Positions 1-10,102 of a stretch of DNA of 64,000 nucleotides are shown here, piece by piece. This DNA is from Candidatus Latescibacterota bacterium. GTDB lineage: Bacteria; Latescibacterota; UBA2968; GCA-2709665. The notes beneath the pieces are model-generated. The model saw only the letters and a list, made by a program, of their open reading frames with translations, was not told the origin of the DNA and made no database searches. The first letter of the stretch is position 1; each line of letters begins with the position of its first letter. Both the position numbers and the translations under genes were made by a program. The stretch spans positions 320,001-384,000 of the forward strand of contig CAXXXF010000003.1 of the NCBI GenBank assembly GCA_963667175.2. The letters run 5' to 3'.

Positions 1-223
1 GCGCGGAGAGGGCAGATATCAGCGATTGGAGGATGTTTATAAAGAGGACACGGTGCACGATATAAGATTACAAGGAGAAACCTTGCGGGGAGATGCACAT
101 AGTAGGAGTAGTGTTGACAGTGAGGGTCCCGGCCCCGGTAGCGCCTACGAATATACCTACATCCCAGATGAAGATGGATGGCATAGTGCACGGAAAGTAT
201 CCATAGACGCAAGTTCCGGTTAG
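1..223 (+). CDS. 3' end of a hypothetical protein (truncated by the window edge)
   Basis: Frame is open from the window start to TAG at 221-223; no recognisable motif. Confidence 0.4.
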   Translation, partial: RGEGRYQRLEDVYKEDTVHDIRLQGETLRGDAHSRSSVDSEGPGPGSAYEYTYIPDEDGWHSARKVSIDASSG

Positions 224-399
224 CCATCACGGACCGCTCAAATGGGGTACTACTCGGCGACTGCGGTCGGCTGACAACCCGCTGAGAATCTTCCATCAGA
301 ACACGGATCGAAACCAACCGGCCCGCGGCCCTGCCATGCAGTGGCGAAATCCAGCCGGGAGAGTTCAGAGAGAGGCTTTGTTGACTTGAAAAAGCTCGT

Positions 400-775
400 A
401 ACCATCGGCGGCGGCAACACGCTCCTGATGAGGCAGCGCTGGCGAAGGCTCGGCGTCAACAAGATCCTGGAGGAAGCGTACGCGCGGCATCGTTCTGTCC
501 GTCCGTCCGGAGCGCGGGCTTCATCTGTTGGTACACCTGGGGCCACAGCGACTCCATGTCCTTCTCCGGCCCCGACGAATGGAGCCGCGTCGAGGTGCGA
601 GGCACGGGCCTCGACGACGCCTCGGGCTGTCCCCACTACGAAAGCGCGACCGCCGGTATCGAGCGCCGGGACGACTTCCAGCGCATGACGCGCAAGCACT
701 CCGGCATAGGCATCGCCATCGACGACTTCTGCGCCCTCGAAATCGTCGACGACACTTGCCGACCTTCGTACTGGC
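400..775 (+). pseudogene. Peptidase E / S51 (type 1 glutamine amidotransferase-like) remnant
   Basis: IGGGNTLLMRQRWRRLGVNKILEEAYAR, then frameshifts to GIVLS..SAGFICWYTWGHSDS and CPHYES..GIAIDDFCALEIVD. The nucleophile SAG and the PHY motif are split across frames; no N-terminus. Confidence 0.75.
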
Positions 776-989
776 GGTTGCCGTCGTGGTTCTATCCCTC
801 AGGCAGTGATTCAATCCTGAGCTATCATCGTAACAAGAGACATTGGCGACGCCGAAAGCCGTGGGTATACCTCAAAACGGTCTTCCCCGGGCAGGAGTTC
901 GTGTTCGACGCCGACGGGCTCCCGGAAGCCAGCGTCTGGTTGTGCGAGGTTCAGGTGATCGCAGGAAAGATGGGCGAATCCGCCAACCC

Positions 990-1285
990 TGGACGCTCCG
1001 CGGTATCCGGCAATAGGTCTGCTGCTGTGGCTCTGATTCCTGGGCGTCGGAAAACAAACTTTCCTGCGAACAGTTATCATGTCTAGAATTGTGAAACCGC
1101 GCTAAAGCACCTTCCTGGTACTCTTTTCCATCTCCACACAGATCCACCGACGTTCCAGTTTTTCGCGTACTTCGCCCGTCACGCAACTACCGGCGAATGG
1201 GTCAACAACAACGTCTCCCTTGCCCGTCAGCATCCAGACAAAAAACCCGGGTAACCCAGCTGGGAAACGGGGCGACAACTCGCCC
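990..1285 (-). pseudogene. C-terminal remnant of a beta-class N4/N6 DNA methyltransferase (M.PvuII-like)
   Basis: [42 protein letters not shown] (motif I, DPFxGSxxTG), frameshifted into [10 protein letters not shown]; catalytic N-terminal part absent. Confidence 0.75.
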
Positions 1286-1429
1286 GCATCCAGCGTCGGG
1301 CGGATTTGCCTTCCTCCCATGAAGGGGGCAGGTCGAGTCGCGACGTCCTTGACACCGGGCGTTGTGTGTGACAAAATGCCCGAACTTTTGCGGTACAATC
1401 GACGCCGTCGCCAATCAAGGAGATGATCC

Positions 1430-2410
1430 GTGAACGTCCCACCGAGAGACGGGTTTCGTGTCCCCGTGGAAGACCTGCGCCGCCTCGTACGCGCGATCTA
1501 CGAGGCCGTTCCTCTGCCCCCCGAGCACGCCCGGCTGATCGCCGATCTGCTGATTGACACCGAACTGCGCGGCGTGGTCAGCCACGGCGTGGCGCAGGTG
1601 GAGCGGTACGTCCGCTCGTTTCAGGGTGGACGCGCCAATCCGGAACCTTCCATCCGGGTCCTCCACGAGGGTCCCGCCACCGCCGCGCTCAGCGGGGACG
1701 GCGGCCTGGGGATGATCGTCGCCGCGCGCGCGATGCGGATGGCCATCGCAAAGGCCGGGGAACTCGGGGTGGGTGTGGTCACGACGGTCTATCACGACCA
1801 TCTGGGTAGCTCAGGGAAGTACGTGCGGATGGCCCTGAAGGAAGGCCTCATCGGCATCAGCCTCTCCGGCCGGAACGCCGCCCCGTCGTACGACCGCGCC
1901 AACGGCATCCGCGGCTCGATCCAGGGCAGCCCGCCGCTGGCCTTCGGGATGCCGGGAGGCGACGGTCAACCGGAGTTTCTGCTCGACTATGCCAGCCATT
2001 TCGTGGCGGCCGACGAGGAGGTCCGCAAGAATCCCGCGGTTTTCGTGAAAGCCATCGGCATGTCCCACGTGGCCAATATCCTTTCGGGGACCCTGGGTGG
2101 GCAGATGCTCCCCGAATTCGACCGGCGGAACGTGAAGTTCCAGGGCGCGGACCAGTCCGGATTTCACATGGCGCTGGACGCGGGCCGCTTCACCTCTCCC
2201 GACGCCTTCAAGGCGGATATGGACTATCTGATGGACGAGACCGCGAAGATGCAGCCGCTGCCCGGCCTTTCGGATGCCGGTCTGCCGGGGCACAGGGCCT
2301 GGCTGAAAGAGGCCGACTATCGCGAGAACGGCATTCCCATCAGCGCGGAGGCGGCATCGTCGCTCGGGGGTCTGGCGCGCGAGTTTTCACTGCCAATCCC
2401 CTGGACGTAG
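1430..2410 (+). CDS. Ldh_2 family oxidoreductase (malate/L-lactate dehydrogenase type 2)
   Basis: [20 protein letters not shown] and LPG motifs; AGGAG RBS upstream. Confidence 0.88.
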   Translation: MNVPPRDGFRVPVEDLRRLVRAIYEAVPLPPEHARLIADLLIDTELRGVVSHGVAQVERYVRSFQGGRANPEPSIRVLHEGPATAALSGDGGLGMIVAARAMRMAIAKAGELGVGVVTTVYHDHLGSSGKYVRMALKEGLIGISLSGRNAAPSYDRANGIRGSIQGSPPLAFGMPGGDGQPEFLLDYASHFVAADEEVRKNPAVFVKAIGMSHVANILSGTLGGQMLPEFDRRNVKFQGADQSGFHMALDAGRFTSPDAFKADMDYLMDETAKMQPLPGLSDAGLPGHRAWLKEADYRENGIPISAEAASSLGGLAREFSLPIPWT

Positions 2411-2451
2411 CACGCGGGCCGGCCGTTCAATTGGAAATCCGGCATCCTCTT

Positions 2452-3573
2452 TTACCGGAACCAGTCATAGTTCAGGCCGAGCGACCGGTCCTCGAGAGGA
2501 AGCTCAACGCGGTCTCCGCCGCGCGCCGAAGACAGCTTCAGCGCGACCTCGACTTCCAGGGCGACCGCGATCCGCCGGCCCGAATTCTTCGGCTCGTCCA
2601 GACGGCCTTCCATGCAGTCGATCACGTCGTTGAGCGAGTAGACCGCGCCGTACGGAGATACAAACTGCGGTTCCGGCCACGGCATTTCGACCCGAATGCT
2701 GCCGGTCGTCTCCAGTTCCTGTCTCAGTCGCCACCGACGGTCCGGCCCGAACAGGATCTCCCCGGTACTTCCATCCAGGCGGACCGGCGGCGCTCCCGCC
2801 CGGAAATGCACCACCGTCCCGTCCGCCGCAACCGCGATTCCCTGACCCCTGAACTCGTCGCTTCCGCCGGGCCCGCTGAACTCGTCGGCGCCCTCACCCC
2901 TGCGGGGAAGGTCTCCTGTTCCCGAGACCCAGGCCGGCGCGCTGTTCAGAAAATACGACCAGTTCTGATGTTGGGCGAACGGCGCGGATGTCTCGATCGA
3001 CCGGATCTCCCCGATGGCCCCGCTCAGTACCAGTTCTTTGGCCTTCCCAAAGGAAGGGTGGGTCGTCGTGATCGCGCCGCAATTGAGGGGGACGCCCGCG
3101 TCGGCGCAGTCCGAGACCATGCGGTCCGCTTCCTCAAGCGTGTGACACATCGGCTTGTCGGTAACAATGCCCCGGGCGCCGCATTGCACCGCGAGACATG
3201 CCAGGTCGGCGCGGCCCTTCGTATTCGTGGCGATGGCCACGATATCCAGGCGCTCGTCGCGCAGCATTTCTCCGGCGTCGGTGTAGGTCGCTTCGATGCC
3301 GTAGCGTTCACGGAACGCCGCGAGCCGTTTCGGGTCACGGTCGGCCGCCGCCACCAGGTCAACCTCAGGCCGGTTGTGCAGCGCTTCCGCATACGAGGTC
3401 GGATTCCCTTCGTTTCCCGGGTGATCATGGTGGTAGAACCGGCGATGCACGTCCAGTTCGGGCGTCGGCCGGTCCACGTCGTCCACTTCGAAGAGGTCCG
3501 GGATGCGCTCCGCCAGATCGTAGAGCATGCCCATCCAGCCCAGACCGATCACGCCTGCGCGGTATTTCGCCAT
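2452..3573 (-). CDS. Gfo/Idh/MocA family oxidoreductase
   Basis: GVIGLGWMG Rossmann motif, DIVAIAT, DKPM motif. Confidence 0.9.
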   Translation of the reverse strand: MAKYRAGVIGLGWMGMLYDLAERIPDLFEVDDVDRPTPELDVHRRFYHHDHPGNEGNPTSYAEALHNRPEVDLVAAADRDPKRLAAFRERYGIEATYTDAGEMLRDERLDIVAIATNTKGRADLACLAVQCGARGIVTDKPMCHTLEEADRMVSDCADAGVPLNCGAITTTHPSFGKAKELVLSGAIGEIRSIETSAPFAQHQNWSYFLNSAPAWVSGTGDLPRRGEGADEFSGPGGSDEFRGQGIAVAADGTVVHFRAGAPPVRLDGSTGEILFGPDRRWRLRQELETTGSIRVEMPWPEPQFVSPYGAVYSLNDVIDCMEGRLDEPKNSGRRIAVALEVEVALKLSSARGGDRVELPLEDRSLGLNYDWFR

Positions 3574-3599
3574 AGTCGACTCCTATCGTTGTGATACAA

Positions 3600-3690
3600 A
3601 AGCAAGTTATCAGCTATCAGCGGTCAGCCCTCAGCTTGAGGCAAAACCGAACACCAACTCACACAAAGGCACGAAGGAAAAGCAGTGAAC
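3600..3690 (+). repeat. Composite intergenic repeat (TCAGC heptamers + CACRAAGR octamers)
   Basis: tatcagc-tatcagc-ggtcagc-cctcagc followed by aactcacacaaaggcacgaagg. Confidence 0.75.
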
Positions 3691-3870
3691 AGCTAACGTC
3701 TCCCCTCTTTCAGGCCGTTCACGTCATAAGATACTGGTATTCATGCCGCGATTCCGGTATGGTATGTGTCCCTGTTCCGCCGATAACAGACGTCACCTCG
3801 CGCCTGTTCGACCACGATCCGAATCCGCGGGATCCGGAAACCATCAATCCTCACGTCAGGAGTCACGCCC

Positions 3871-4647
3871 ATGAGAAGCAGCAAGTTGCTCGCGAAACTG
3901 CGCGATGACAGGCCGGCCCGGATCTGCGGGCTGGGCCACTTCATACCGGCCTACGTCCGGATGGCCGCGACCGCCGGTTACGACTGTATCTGGCTGGACG
4001 GGGAGCACCGCTGCTTCACGGACCGGGAAATCCAGTCGATGCTCGCCTACTTCCACCTGTACGATATCGACTGCCTGTTTCGCCCCCCGACGACGGAGAG
4101 GACGAGGCTGTATCGGTATCTGGAGGACGGCGCCTCCGGCCTGATGATCCCCCACGTCTCCACGGCGGAGAAGGCCCGGATGCTGGTCGACGCCGTCAAG
4201 TTTCCGCCCATCGGCGACCGCGGTCAGGACGCGGCCGGGCTGGACAGCGACTTCTTTCTGGCCGACGCCGAATCCTACGTTGAGGATGCCAACCGCGAGA
4301 CCTTCCTCGTCGTACAGATCGAAACGCCGCAGGCCCTCGAGAACCTCGACGCGATCGCATCCGTCGATGGCGTCGACGGGCTGTTCGTGGGCCCCGGCGA
4401 TCTCGGGTTGAGGATCGACCGGCTGAAGCCGGGCTACACGCTTGACGAAGCCATGCGCAAAGTCGCGAGCGTCGCGGGCGAACGGGGCGTCGCGTGGGGC
4501 TGTCCGGCGTCTTCCGGCGACCACGTCGAGGAGCTCCACGACATGGGCGCGCGGTTGATCGCCTACGGCAGCGAGTTCTTCGCGCTGATGCAGATGCTCG
4601 ACACGTGTTCGCGCGACCTCGATGCGGTCTACGGCGACCGGACCTGA
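3871..4647 (+). CDS. HpcH/HpaI aldolase family protein
   Basis: WLDGEH, GLMIPHV, PPIGDRG, VQIET, LFVGPGDL. Confidence 0.92.
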   Translation: MRSSKLLAKLRDDRPARICGLGHFIPAYVRMAATAGYDCIWLDGEHRCFTDREIQSMLAYFHLYDIDCLFRPPTTERTRLYRYLEDGASGLMIPHVSTAEKARMLVDAVKFPPIGDRGQDAAGLDSDFFLADAESYVEDANRETFLVVQIETPQALENLDAIASVDGVDGLFVGPGDLGLRIDRLKPGYTLDEAMRKVASVAGERGVAWGCPASSGDHVEELHDMGARLIAYGSEFFALMQMLDTCSRDLDAVYGDRT

Positions 4648-4671
4648 TTGCCGTCCGTTTTTTCTTACCGC

Positions 4672-5685
4672 TCAGGTTTCCTCGAACCGCGCCAGCAGTT
4701 CGGCCGCCCGTTCCCGCATCGCCGGGTCGTTGTGCCTCGCGATGATGCGCTGAAGGGCGGAGACCGCCGTCTCGTCCCCCCGTTCGGCCATGTCGAAGGC
4801 CATCCGGTCCCGCTTGTCGTGGTACCTGTTGTCGTACTCCACGACTTCCAGGTCGTATTTCTCCCAGTAGTACTTCAGCGATTCGTCTTCCCAGCCTCGA
4901 TAGATGTTCTCCCAGGTGTTCGGCTGGCTGTGGGGAAGTATGCTCCCCGGCGCGATGGGATCGCTGATCCTCTGATACCGCGCGTCGATGGACATGCGAA
5001 GCCGGTCGGAGTGGTTCGGCAGGCCCTTGTGAACCAGCATGCTGTGGAAGAAGAGGACGTCGCCCTGTTCGAACGGACTGCTGACCCAGGCGCCTTCGAG
5101 CGGATCGGTGACCTTGATCCCTCCCGCGCCCAGGGCCGGCTTGAAGTCGTACACGCCCCGGCGATGGGAACCGGCCGCCACCTGAAGGCCGCCCATCTCG
5201 AACGGCAGGTCGCTGAGCGGAATCCACGCGGTGTACGTTTCAGCCGTCCCCTGGATGGGGATGAAGTCCTGGTGCGGTGGAGTCGTATAGGCCTCCCGTT
5301 GCGGAAAGATGGTCCTCGCGATGATTCGCGGATGGGGCAGAACCGGTTCGCCGGTCATCCGTTCGAGCAGCCGTACGACGTTCGGATGGTGCTGGAGGGC
5401 GTGAAAGGCCGGTATACTGTACATATTGGCGTAGACGTCCATGTAGTCCGGCTCGGGCTCGACGCAGAAGCCGTTTAGGTTCGCGACGGCCTCTTCCGTC
5501 GGCGTGTCTTTTTGTACCCATCCGGCTTCCAGCGCGATCTCCAGAAACGCCCGACGCAGTGCTTCCAGATCCTCTCCGGGCAACAGACTTCGGATGAAGA
5601 GGTATCCGTCCTCCTGCATTCGTTCTCTCAACAGACGTCCGTCGCCCGCTATATCCGTCGAATCTGCAAATGCATTCAAGGCCAA
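4672..5685 (-). CDS. Phytanoyl-CoA dioxygenase (PhyH) family protein
   Basis: DGYLFIR, PPHQD (HxD), GSHRRG, VHKGLPN..RMSIDARY. Confidence 0.92.
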   Translation of the reverse strand: MALNAFADSTDIAGDGRLLRERMQEDGYLFIRSLLPGEDLEALRRAFLEIALEAGWVQKDTPTEEAVANLNGFCVEPEPDYMDVYANMYSIPAFHALQHHPNVVRLLERMTGEPVLPHPRIIARTIFPQREAYTTPPHQDFIPIQGTAETYTAWIPLSDLPFEMGGLQVAAGSHRRGVYDFKPALGAGGIKVTDPLEGAWVSSPFEQGDVLFFHSMLVHKGLPNHSDRLRMSIDARYQRISDPIAPGSILPHSQPNTWENIYRGWEDESLKYYWEKYDLEVVEYDNRYHDKRDRMAFDMAERGDETAVSALQRIIARHNDPAMRERAAELLARFEET

Positions 5686-5771
5686 CCCTCCTTGTCAGGC
5701 GCGTGTGAAACGCAGCAACCCGTTCGGCCGGTTTTGCGTATTGCGAACGGATTGGCTATATTTGTGCGACC

Positions 5772-5797
5772 CTGCAGAGCGGCTTTTTCAACGGGCT
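5772..5797. mobile_element. Isolated right end of the MITE family seen at 12935 and 28488
   Basis: ctgcagagcggctttttcaacgggct versus ctgcagagcgactttttcaacggact in the full copies. Confidence 0.6.
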
Positions 5798-5822
5798 TTG
5801 ACCCCAACCTCAGGAATACGAT

Positions 5823-6575
5823 ATGGCGAAAGAGAAATTCGAAGGCGTCTGGCGACCCGATATGCTGGACCGGTTTTCGATGAATCCCAACGTCATGGTT
5901 GCCGACCTGGACCGGGAACGGCTGGACCTTCTCCTGACGTACGTATCTGAAACCGGCCGCAGCGAATCCCTTTCCGCGTTCATATCGGGGGTTGTGGATC
6001 GCCACCCCAAATATCTGCGCGTGAAAGAGCTGTTCGAGACCTTCGAGGCGTACAGGCGCATCGGCCAGGCCGTCTACGAACAGTGGCGCGAGGGTAACGT
6101 GGACACGGTTTTCGACTTCGCGTGCGGGCACGGACTTCTGGGCATCCTGCTGGCCTGGCGGTTTCGGAAACTGCGCGTGGTCTGCGTGGACCTGGAACGC
6201 CGGCCGGCATTCGGACACTACCTCGAAATCCTGCGCGAACAGGCCGCGCCCCTCGCGAACGTCACGTATATTGAAAGCGATTTCAAGGACGTGGAGCTGA
6301 GCCCGCGGTCCTACGTCATCTGCATTCACGCCTGCAACGAAGGCACCCGGGATGCCCTGGATATGGCTGGCGCCGCGAACGCGGGTTTCGCGGCCATGCC
6401 ATGCTGCATCCGGGACCGTCTCTACCTCCGCCGCATCAACCACCTGGACGACGACGCGCGATACAACGCGGCCGTGGGGGTGATCGCCGGCCGGTACGGG
6501 GCCTACAAGATCACGGCGATCGACCGAAGGATCACCAACCGCAACCTCATTGTCCTCGGCGCGTCCGCGTCCTGA
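5823..6575 (+). CDS. Class I SAM-dependent methyltransferase (Methyltransf_32-like)
   Basis: FDFACGHGLLG motif I, IHACN, MPCC. Confidence 0.8.
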   Translation: MAKEKFEGVWRPDMLDRFSMNPNVMVADLDRERLDLLLTYVSETGRSESLSAFISGVVDRHPKYLRVKELFETFEAYRRIGQAVYEQWREGNVDTVFDFACGHGLLGILLAWRFRKLRVVCVDLERRPAFGHYLEILREQAAPLANVTYIESDFKDVELSPRSYVICIHACNEGTRDALDMAGAANAGFAAMPCCIRDRLYLRRINHLDDDARYNAAVGVIAGRYGAYKITAIDRRITNRNLIVLGASAS

Positions 6576-6656
6576 CTCTCCAATCGGGCGGTTGTCACTT
6601 CCCTCCGTGCGGATCAGACCCCTCGCGGCGCTTCGATCTTCTCCGGATGCGTTCCG

Positions 6657-7661
6657 TCACCACCGATAGTCGGGCTCTCCGGCCTCGTAGGCGGCGGCCG
6701 AAGCCATCATCGAGTCCAGGTCTCCCTTTGGACGATATCCGATCAGCGTCTTTGCTTTCGTGACGTCGTGATCGTACATCCAGCGCACCGGGAGCGTTAC
6801 CTCCAGGGGTTCCCGCCCCCTGATTTCCCCCAGCACCCGGGCGCCTTCGGGGTACGTAAAGGGGGCCGGGGCGCCGCCGTTGAACGACTCGCCGACCGCA
6901 TCCGGAGACCGTAGCGCGCACACCATGCAATGCGCGATATCCCGCGCGTCGTTCGGCTGATAGTACCAGGGCCGCCCCGCGTCGTCCCTGACCGCGCACG
7001 GCTGGTCGCTACTTGCGGCCCGCGCCTCGATCTCGTGCCACAGTTCGGTTCCGTCGGCCATGTACAGTTCCGTACCCGGCCCCGTCTGTCCCGCCTTCAA
7101 TATCGCGCATACCCGTCCAACCGTGAACTGATCGAAAATCGAACTGCCGGACAGCACGTGGCTGGGCCGTACGATGGAAATCCGCAGCCCGGTCTCGCGG
7201 GACACACGCTCGGCCATCAGTTCCCCGATATACTTGGAGAGGGAATACTCGTTATCGGGCCGTTTGGGGTGCAACTCGTCGACGGGATGATACGCGCAGG
7301 CAATGTTCTCGCCGTTGTTCGGAAAAACGCCCGATGAACTCACGTAGACGTACCGCTCCAGGCTGTCAGCGAACTGCCCGCAAGCCCGCGACACCTCGAG
7401 GTTGATCTGCGTATTGGTCTCGAAATGAGGTCCCACCAGGTTGGCCGTGTGGATCACGGCATCCGACCCCGAGACCGCGTTCCTGGCAAATTCCCCGTCG
7501 GTCAGGTCCCCGCCCACAATTTCCACGTCGAGGCCGTCCAGCCGGTTCAGAAAGGGATCGTCCGGCAATACGGCGCCACGGACTTCGTGGTTAAGATCCA
7601 GAAGCTGTCGGACCAACCGGCATCCCACCTGACCCGCCGCGCCTGTCACCAGAACTTTCAT
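6657..7661 (-). CDS. NAD-dependent epimerase/dehydratase
   Basis: MKVLVTGAAGQVG, YSLSK (YxxxK); start set at ATG 7661. Confidence 0.9.
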   Translation of the reverse strand: MKVLVTGAAGQVGCRLVRQLLDLNHEVRGAVLPDDPFLNRLDGLDVEIVGGDLTDGEFARNAVSGSDAVIHTANLVGPHFETNTQINLEVSRACGQFADSLERYVYVSSSGVFPNNGENIACAYHPVDELHPKRPDNEYSLSKYIGELMAERVSRETGLRISIVRPSHVLSGSSIFDQFTVGRVCAILKAGQTGPGTELYMADGTELWHEIEARAASSDQPCAVRDDAGRPWYYQPNDARDIAHCMVCALRSPDAVGESFNGGAPAPFTYPEGARVLGEIRGREPLEVTLPVRWMYDHDVTKAKTLIGYRPKGDLDSMMASAAAYEAGEPDYRW

Positions 7662-7882
7662 TGAGATCCTCCTGACCGCGCAAAGGCGATTCATCCTTCA
7701 GCCGCGCGGAAAACGCCACCCTGCAGTCGTAGGGCAGGATGTACGGTCACCAATATAGCGCCCGTCGTTACCGTCCGCAACATCCGCGCTAATGCAAAGT
7801 GATTGCGGGATGGTCCTTCCGCGAACAACAACCCCCAACTCTGCAATCGGACGGAGAGATGGTAGATCAGATAAGCTCCGCA

Positions 7883-8160
7883 GACCTACCCCCTATCCCC
7901 CTTCCCGGGGGGAAGGGGGAACTGTGATCCGCTCAGGGTCTCCCGGTTTTCACCCCCTTTCCCTCCGGGAGAGGGGGCCTGCCTGCCGGCAGGCAGGCCG
8001 GGGGGAGAGGTCCCGCCTGTATCGCTGATACATTTCGCCGGGCCATGCCGATATCCCGTGGACGCGGTGTAATCGTCTACCGTCTCACCGTCTTTCGCGT
8101 GTTTCCGGGTTCCCTTTGTGTCTCCGTGTGAGCTGATTTTCGCTTCCAGATGAAAACTCA
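7883..8160. repeat. Cluster of intergenic repeats (C/G hairpins, 20-bp palindrome, octamer element)
   Basis: 7883-7948 is near-identical to 60075-60139; hairpin at 7952-8012 resembles 9501-9540; palindrome at 7978-7997; 8093-8142 resembles the reverse complement of 49290-49348. Confidence 0.8.
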
Positions 8161-8327
8161 CCGCTGCTCTTCGTGCGCGCCGGCTGTTCTATTGGAAACC
8201 GTCCGTTCGATTTGGTAAATTGGCTGGACGCCATACACAGGGTTAGATTGCAAGAGTTCGATTGATCGATTCCAATATACCCCAGCCGTGCGGCCTCGCA
8301 ACCCCACGCCCTCCCGGAGCGCAGCCC

Positions 8328-9398
8328 ATGTCGACCGCCGTCCGTTTCCGCGCCGCGCACATGCACGCCGTGTCCCGAAACCTGCTGATGGCTGCCGGCG
8401 CCCCCCGCCACGTTGCGGATACCGTCTCCGAAATCCTGGTCAACTCCAACCTTTCCGGCCACGATTCCCACGGAATCCTCCGCATCCCAACCTATCTGGA
8501 CGGCATTGACGGCGGCGCCATCGTACCCGCCGCCGAACCCGAGGTCGTCCGCAAGGGTACGAGTACGCTGACTGTCGACGGACACAGCGGGATGGGCATC
8601 TACACCGCGCGAAGAGCCATCGATCTGGCCATCGATCATGCAGCGGGATCGGGGGTGTGCTGCATCAGTTTCAGGCGCGTGGGCCACTTCGGCCGGCTCG
8701 GCGAGTACGCGGAGATCGCCGCTCGCGCCGGCTGTATTGCCATCATCACCATCGGCGTGGGGACCGTGGACGCCGTCGCGCCCTATGGCGCAACGCGGGG
8801 CCCTTTAGGCACCAACCCCATTGCCGTCGGCGTGCCCACCGGCGACGCGGCCCCATTCATCCTGGACATCGCTACCAGCATCGTGGCCGAAGGCAAGCTC
8901 CAGGTTGCGCGGGCCGAGAACGCGTCCATCCCCGAGGGATCTATCCTGGACAAGCACGGCAACCCGAGTACCGATCCGATGGATTTCTACGACGGCGGAT
9001 ACCTCCTGCCGTTCGGGGCGCACAAGGGCTCCGGCCTTCTGCTGCTGACCTGCCTGCTGAGCGGACTGTCGGGGGTTCCGGAAGTGGAAGAGGGCACCCT
9101 CTCGGGCGCCTACATGCAGGTGCTCCACGTCAGCGCGTTCACGCCTCTCGAGCCCTATCAGCGCGGGATTCGCGCCTTCCTGGATAACATCAAGGCCATC
9201 CCCCCGGCGCCCGGATTCGACGAGGTACTCGTGCCGGGAGACTTCGAACACCGCACCCGCGAGAAGCGCCTGCGCGAGGGATTCGACGTTCCGGCGTCAA
9301 TCGTGGCTGCGTTGCAAGAACGCGCCGACCGGATGAACGTGTCGACGTCGGAAGACGTCATCGAATCCGGCGATGAGGAGAGGTACATGAGGCGGTGA
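8328..9398 (+). CDS. Ldh_2 family oxidoreductase
   Basis: GHDSHG, GHFGRLGEY, GTNPIA, LDIATS, GAHKGSGL, VLVPGD. Confidence 0.92.
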   Translation: MSTAVRFRAAHMHAVSRNLLMAAGAPRHVADTVSEILVNSNLSGHDSHGILRIPTYLDGIDGGAIVPAAEPEVVRKGTSTLTVDGHSGMGIYTARRAIDLAIDHAAGSGVCCISFRRVGHFGRLGEYAEIAARAGCIAIITIGVGTVDAVAPYGATRGPLGTNPIAVGVPTGDAAPFILDIATSIVAEGKLQVARAENASIPEGSILDKHGNPSTDPMDFYDGGYLLPFGAHKGSGLLLLTCLLSGLSGVPEVEEGTLSGAYMQVLHVSAFTPLEPYQRGIRAFLDNIKAIPPAPGFDEVLVPGDFEHRTREKRLREGFDVPASIVAALQERADRMNVSTSEDVIESGDEERYMRR

Positions 9399-9399
9399 G

Positions 9400-9701
9400 A
9401 GGGTAGACGTTAGACGGTAGATGACATCTTTGCCCGACTGATTTCTCCTTGATGTCGCCGGCACGAAATGAAAACTCACGGGGCGGACAATCTCTCCGCT
9501 CCCCCTCTCCCCCCGGGAGAGGGGGCCGGGGGGAGAGGTCTGCGCCTGTCGCCGATAACTCTCGCTGTGCCCTATCGTCGTCCTGTGTACGCGGGATGCT
9601 GTCTCACGTCTCCGGTCTACCCGCCTTTAGCTCTTTCTCTGCCTTTCCTTTGTGTCTTTGTGTCTCCGTGTGAGCTGATTTTCGTTTCAAGCCGATAGCC
9701 T
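9400..9701. repeat. Cluster of intergenic repeats (AGACGNN heptamers, C/G hairpin, octamer element)
   Basis: tagacgt-tagacgg-tagatga; ccccctctccc..gggagaggggg at 9501; ctttgtgt-ctttgtgt-ctccgtgt-gagctgattttcg at about 9648-9685. Confidence 0.8.
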
Positions 9702-9832
9702 ATTGCAGTTTTGGCCAAAAATATACAATAAAAGTATAATATTTATATTGAAAATATATTATAATAATATATATTCTATTAGACTTCACTGGCTGATAGA
9801 AAAAATAGCCGCAAGATGGGTGGATGCTGTCA

Positions 9833-10102
9833 ATGGAGTTCGAATTTGACGAGGTGAAGAGCAGGCGCAACATGGAAAAACACGGCATCGATTTCGCGGA
9901 AGCCCAGCGGATCCGGGAGGATTCCGGCCTGATCGAGATTCCCGCCCGGGTCGAAGACGAACCCATGTTTCTGGTGATTGGCAGACTTCGGGGAACACAC
10001 TGGTCCGGCATCGTGACGTGTCGCGCGGAGAAGGTCCGGATCATATCCGCACGCCGGGCCCGGAAGGAGGAGATCGAAATCTATGAGAGCGAAAGAACTT
10101 GA
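9833..10102 (+). CDS. brnT: BrnT family toxin
   Basis: MEFEFDEVKSRRNMEKHGIDFAEA..VRIISARRARKEE. Confidence 0.92.
   Translation: MEFEFDEVKSRRNMEKHGIDFAEAQRIREDSGLIEIPARVEDEPMFLVIGRLRGTHWSGIVTCRAEKVRIISARRARKEEIEIYESERT

Noticed and set aside
2431-3594. Long antisense or overlapping ORFs (also 4648-5478, 16832-17929, 20307-21287, 47225-48715, 55737-56993)
   Set aside because: GC-rich codon-bias shadows of well-supported genes; no motifs
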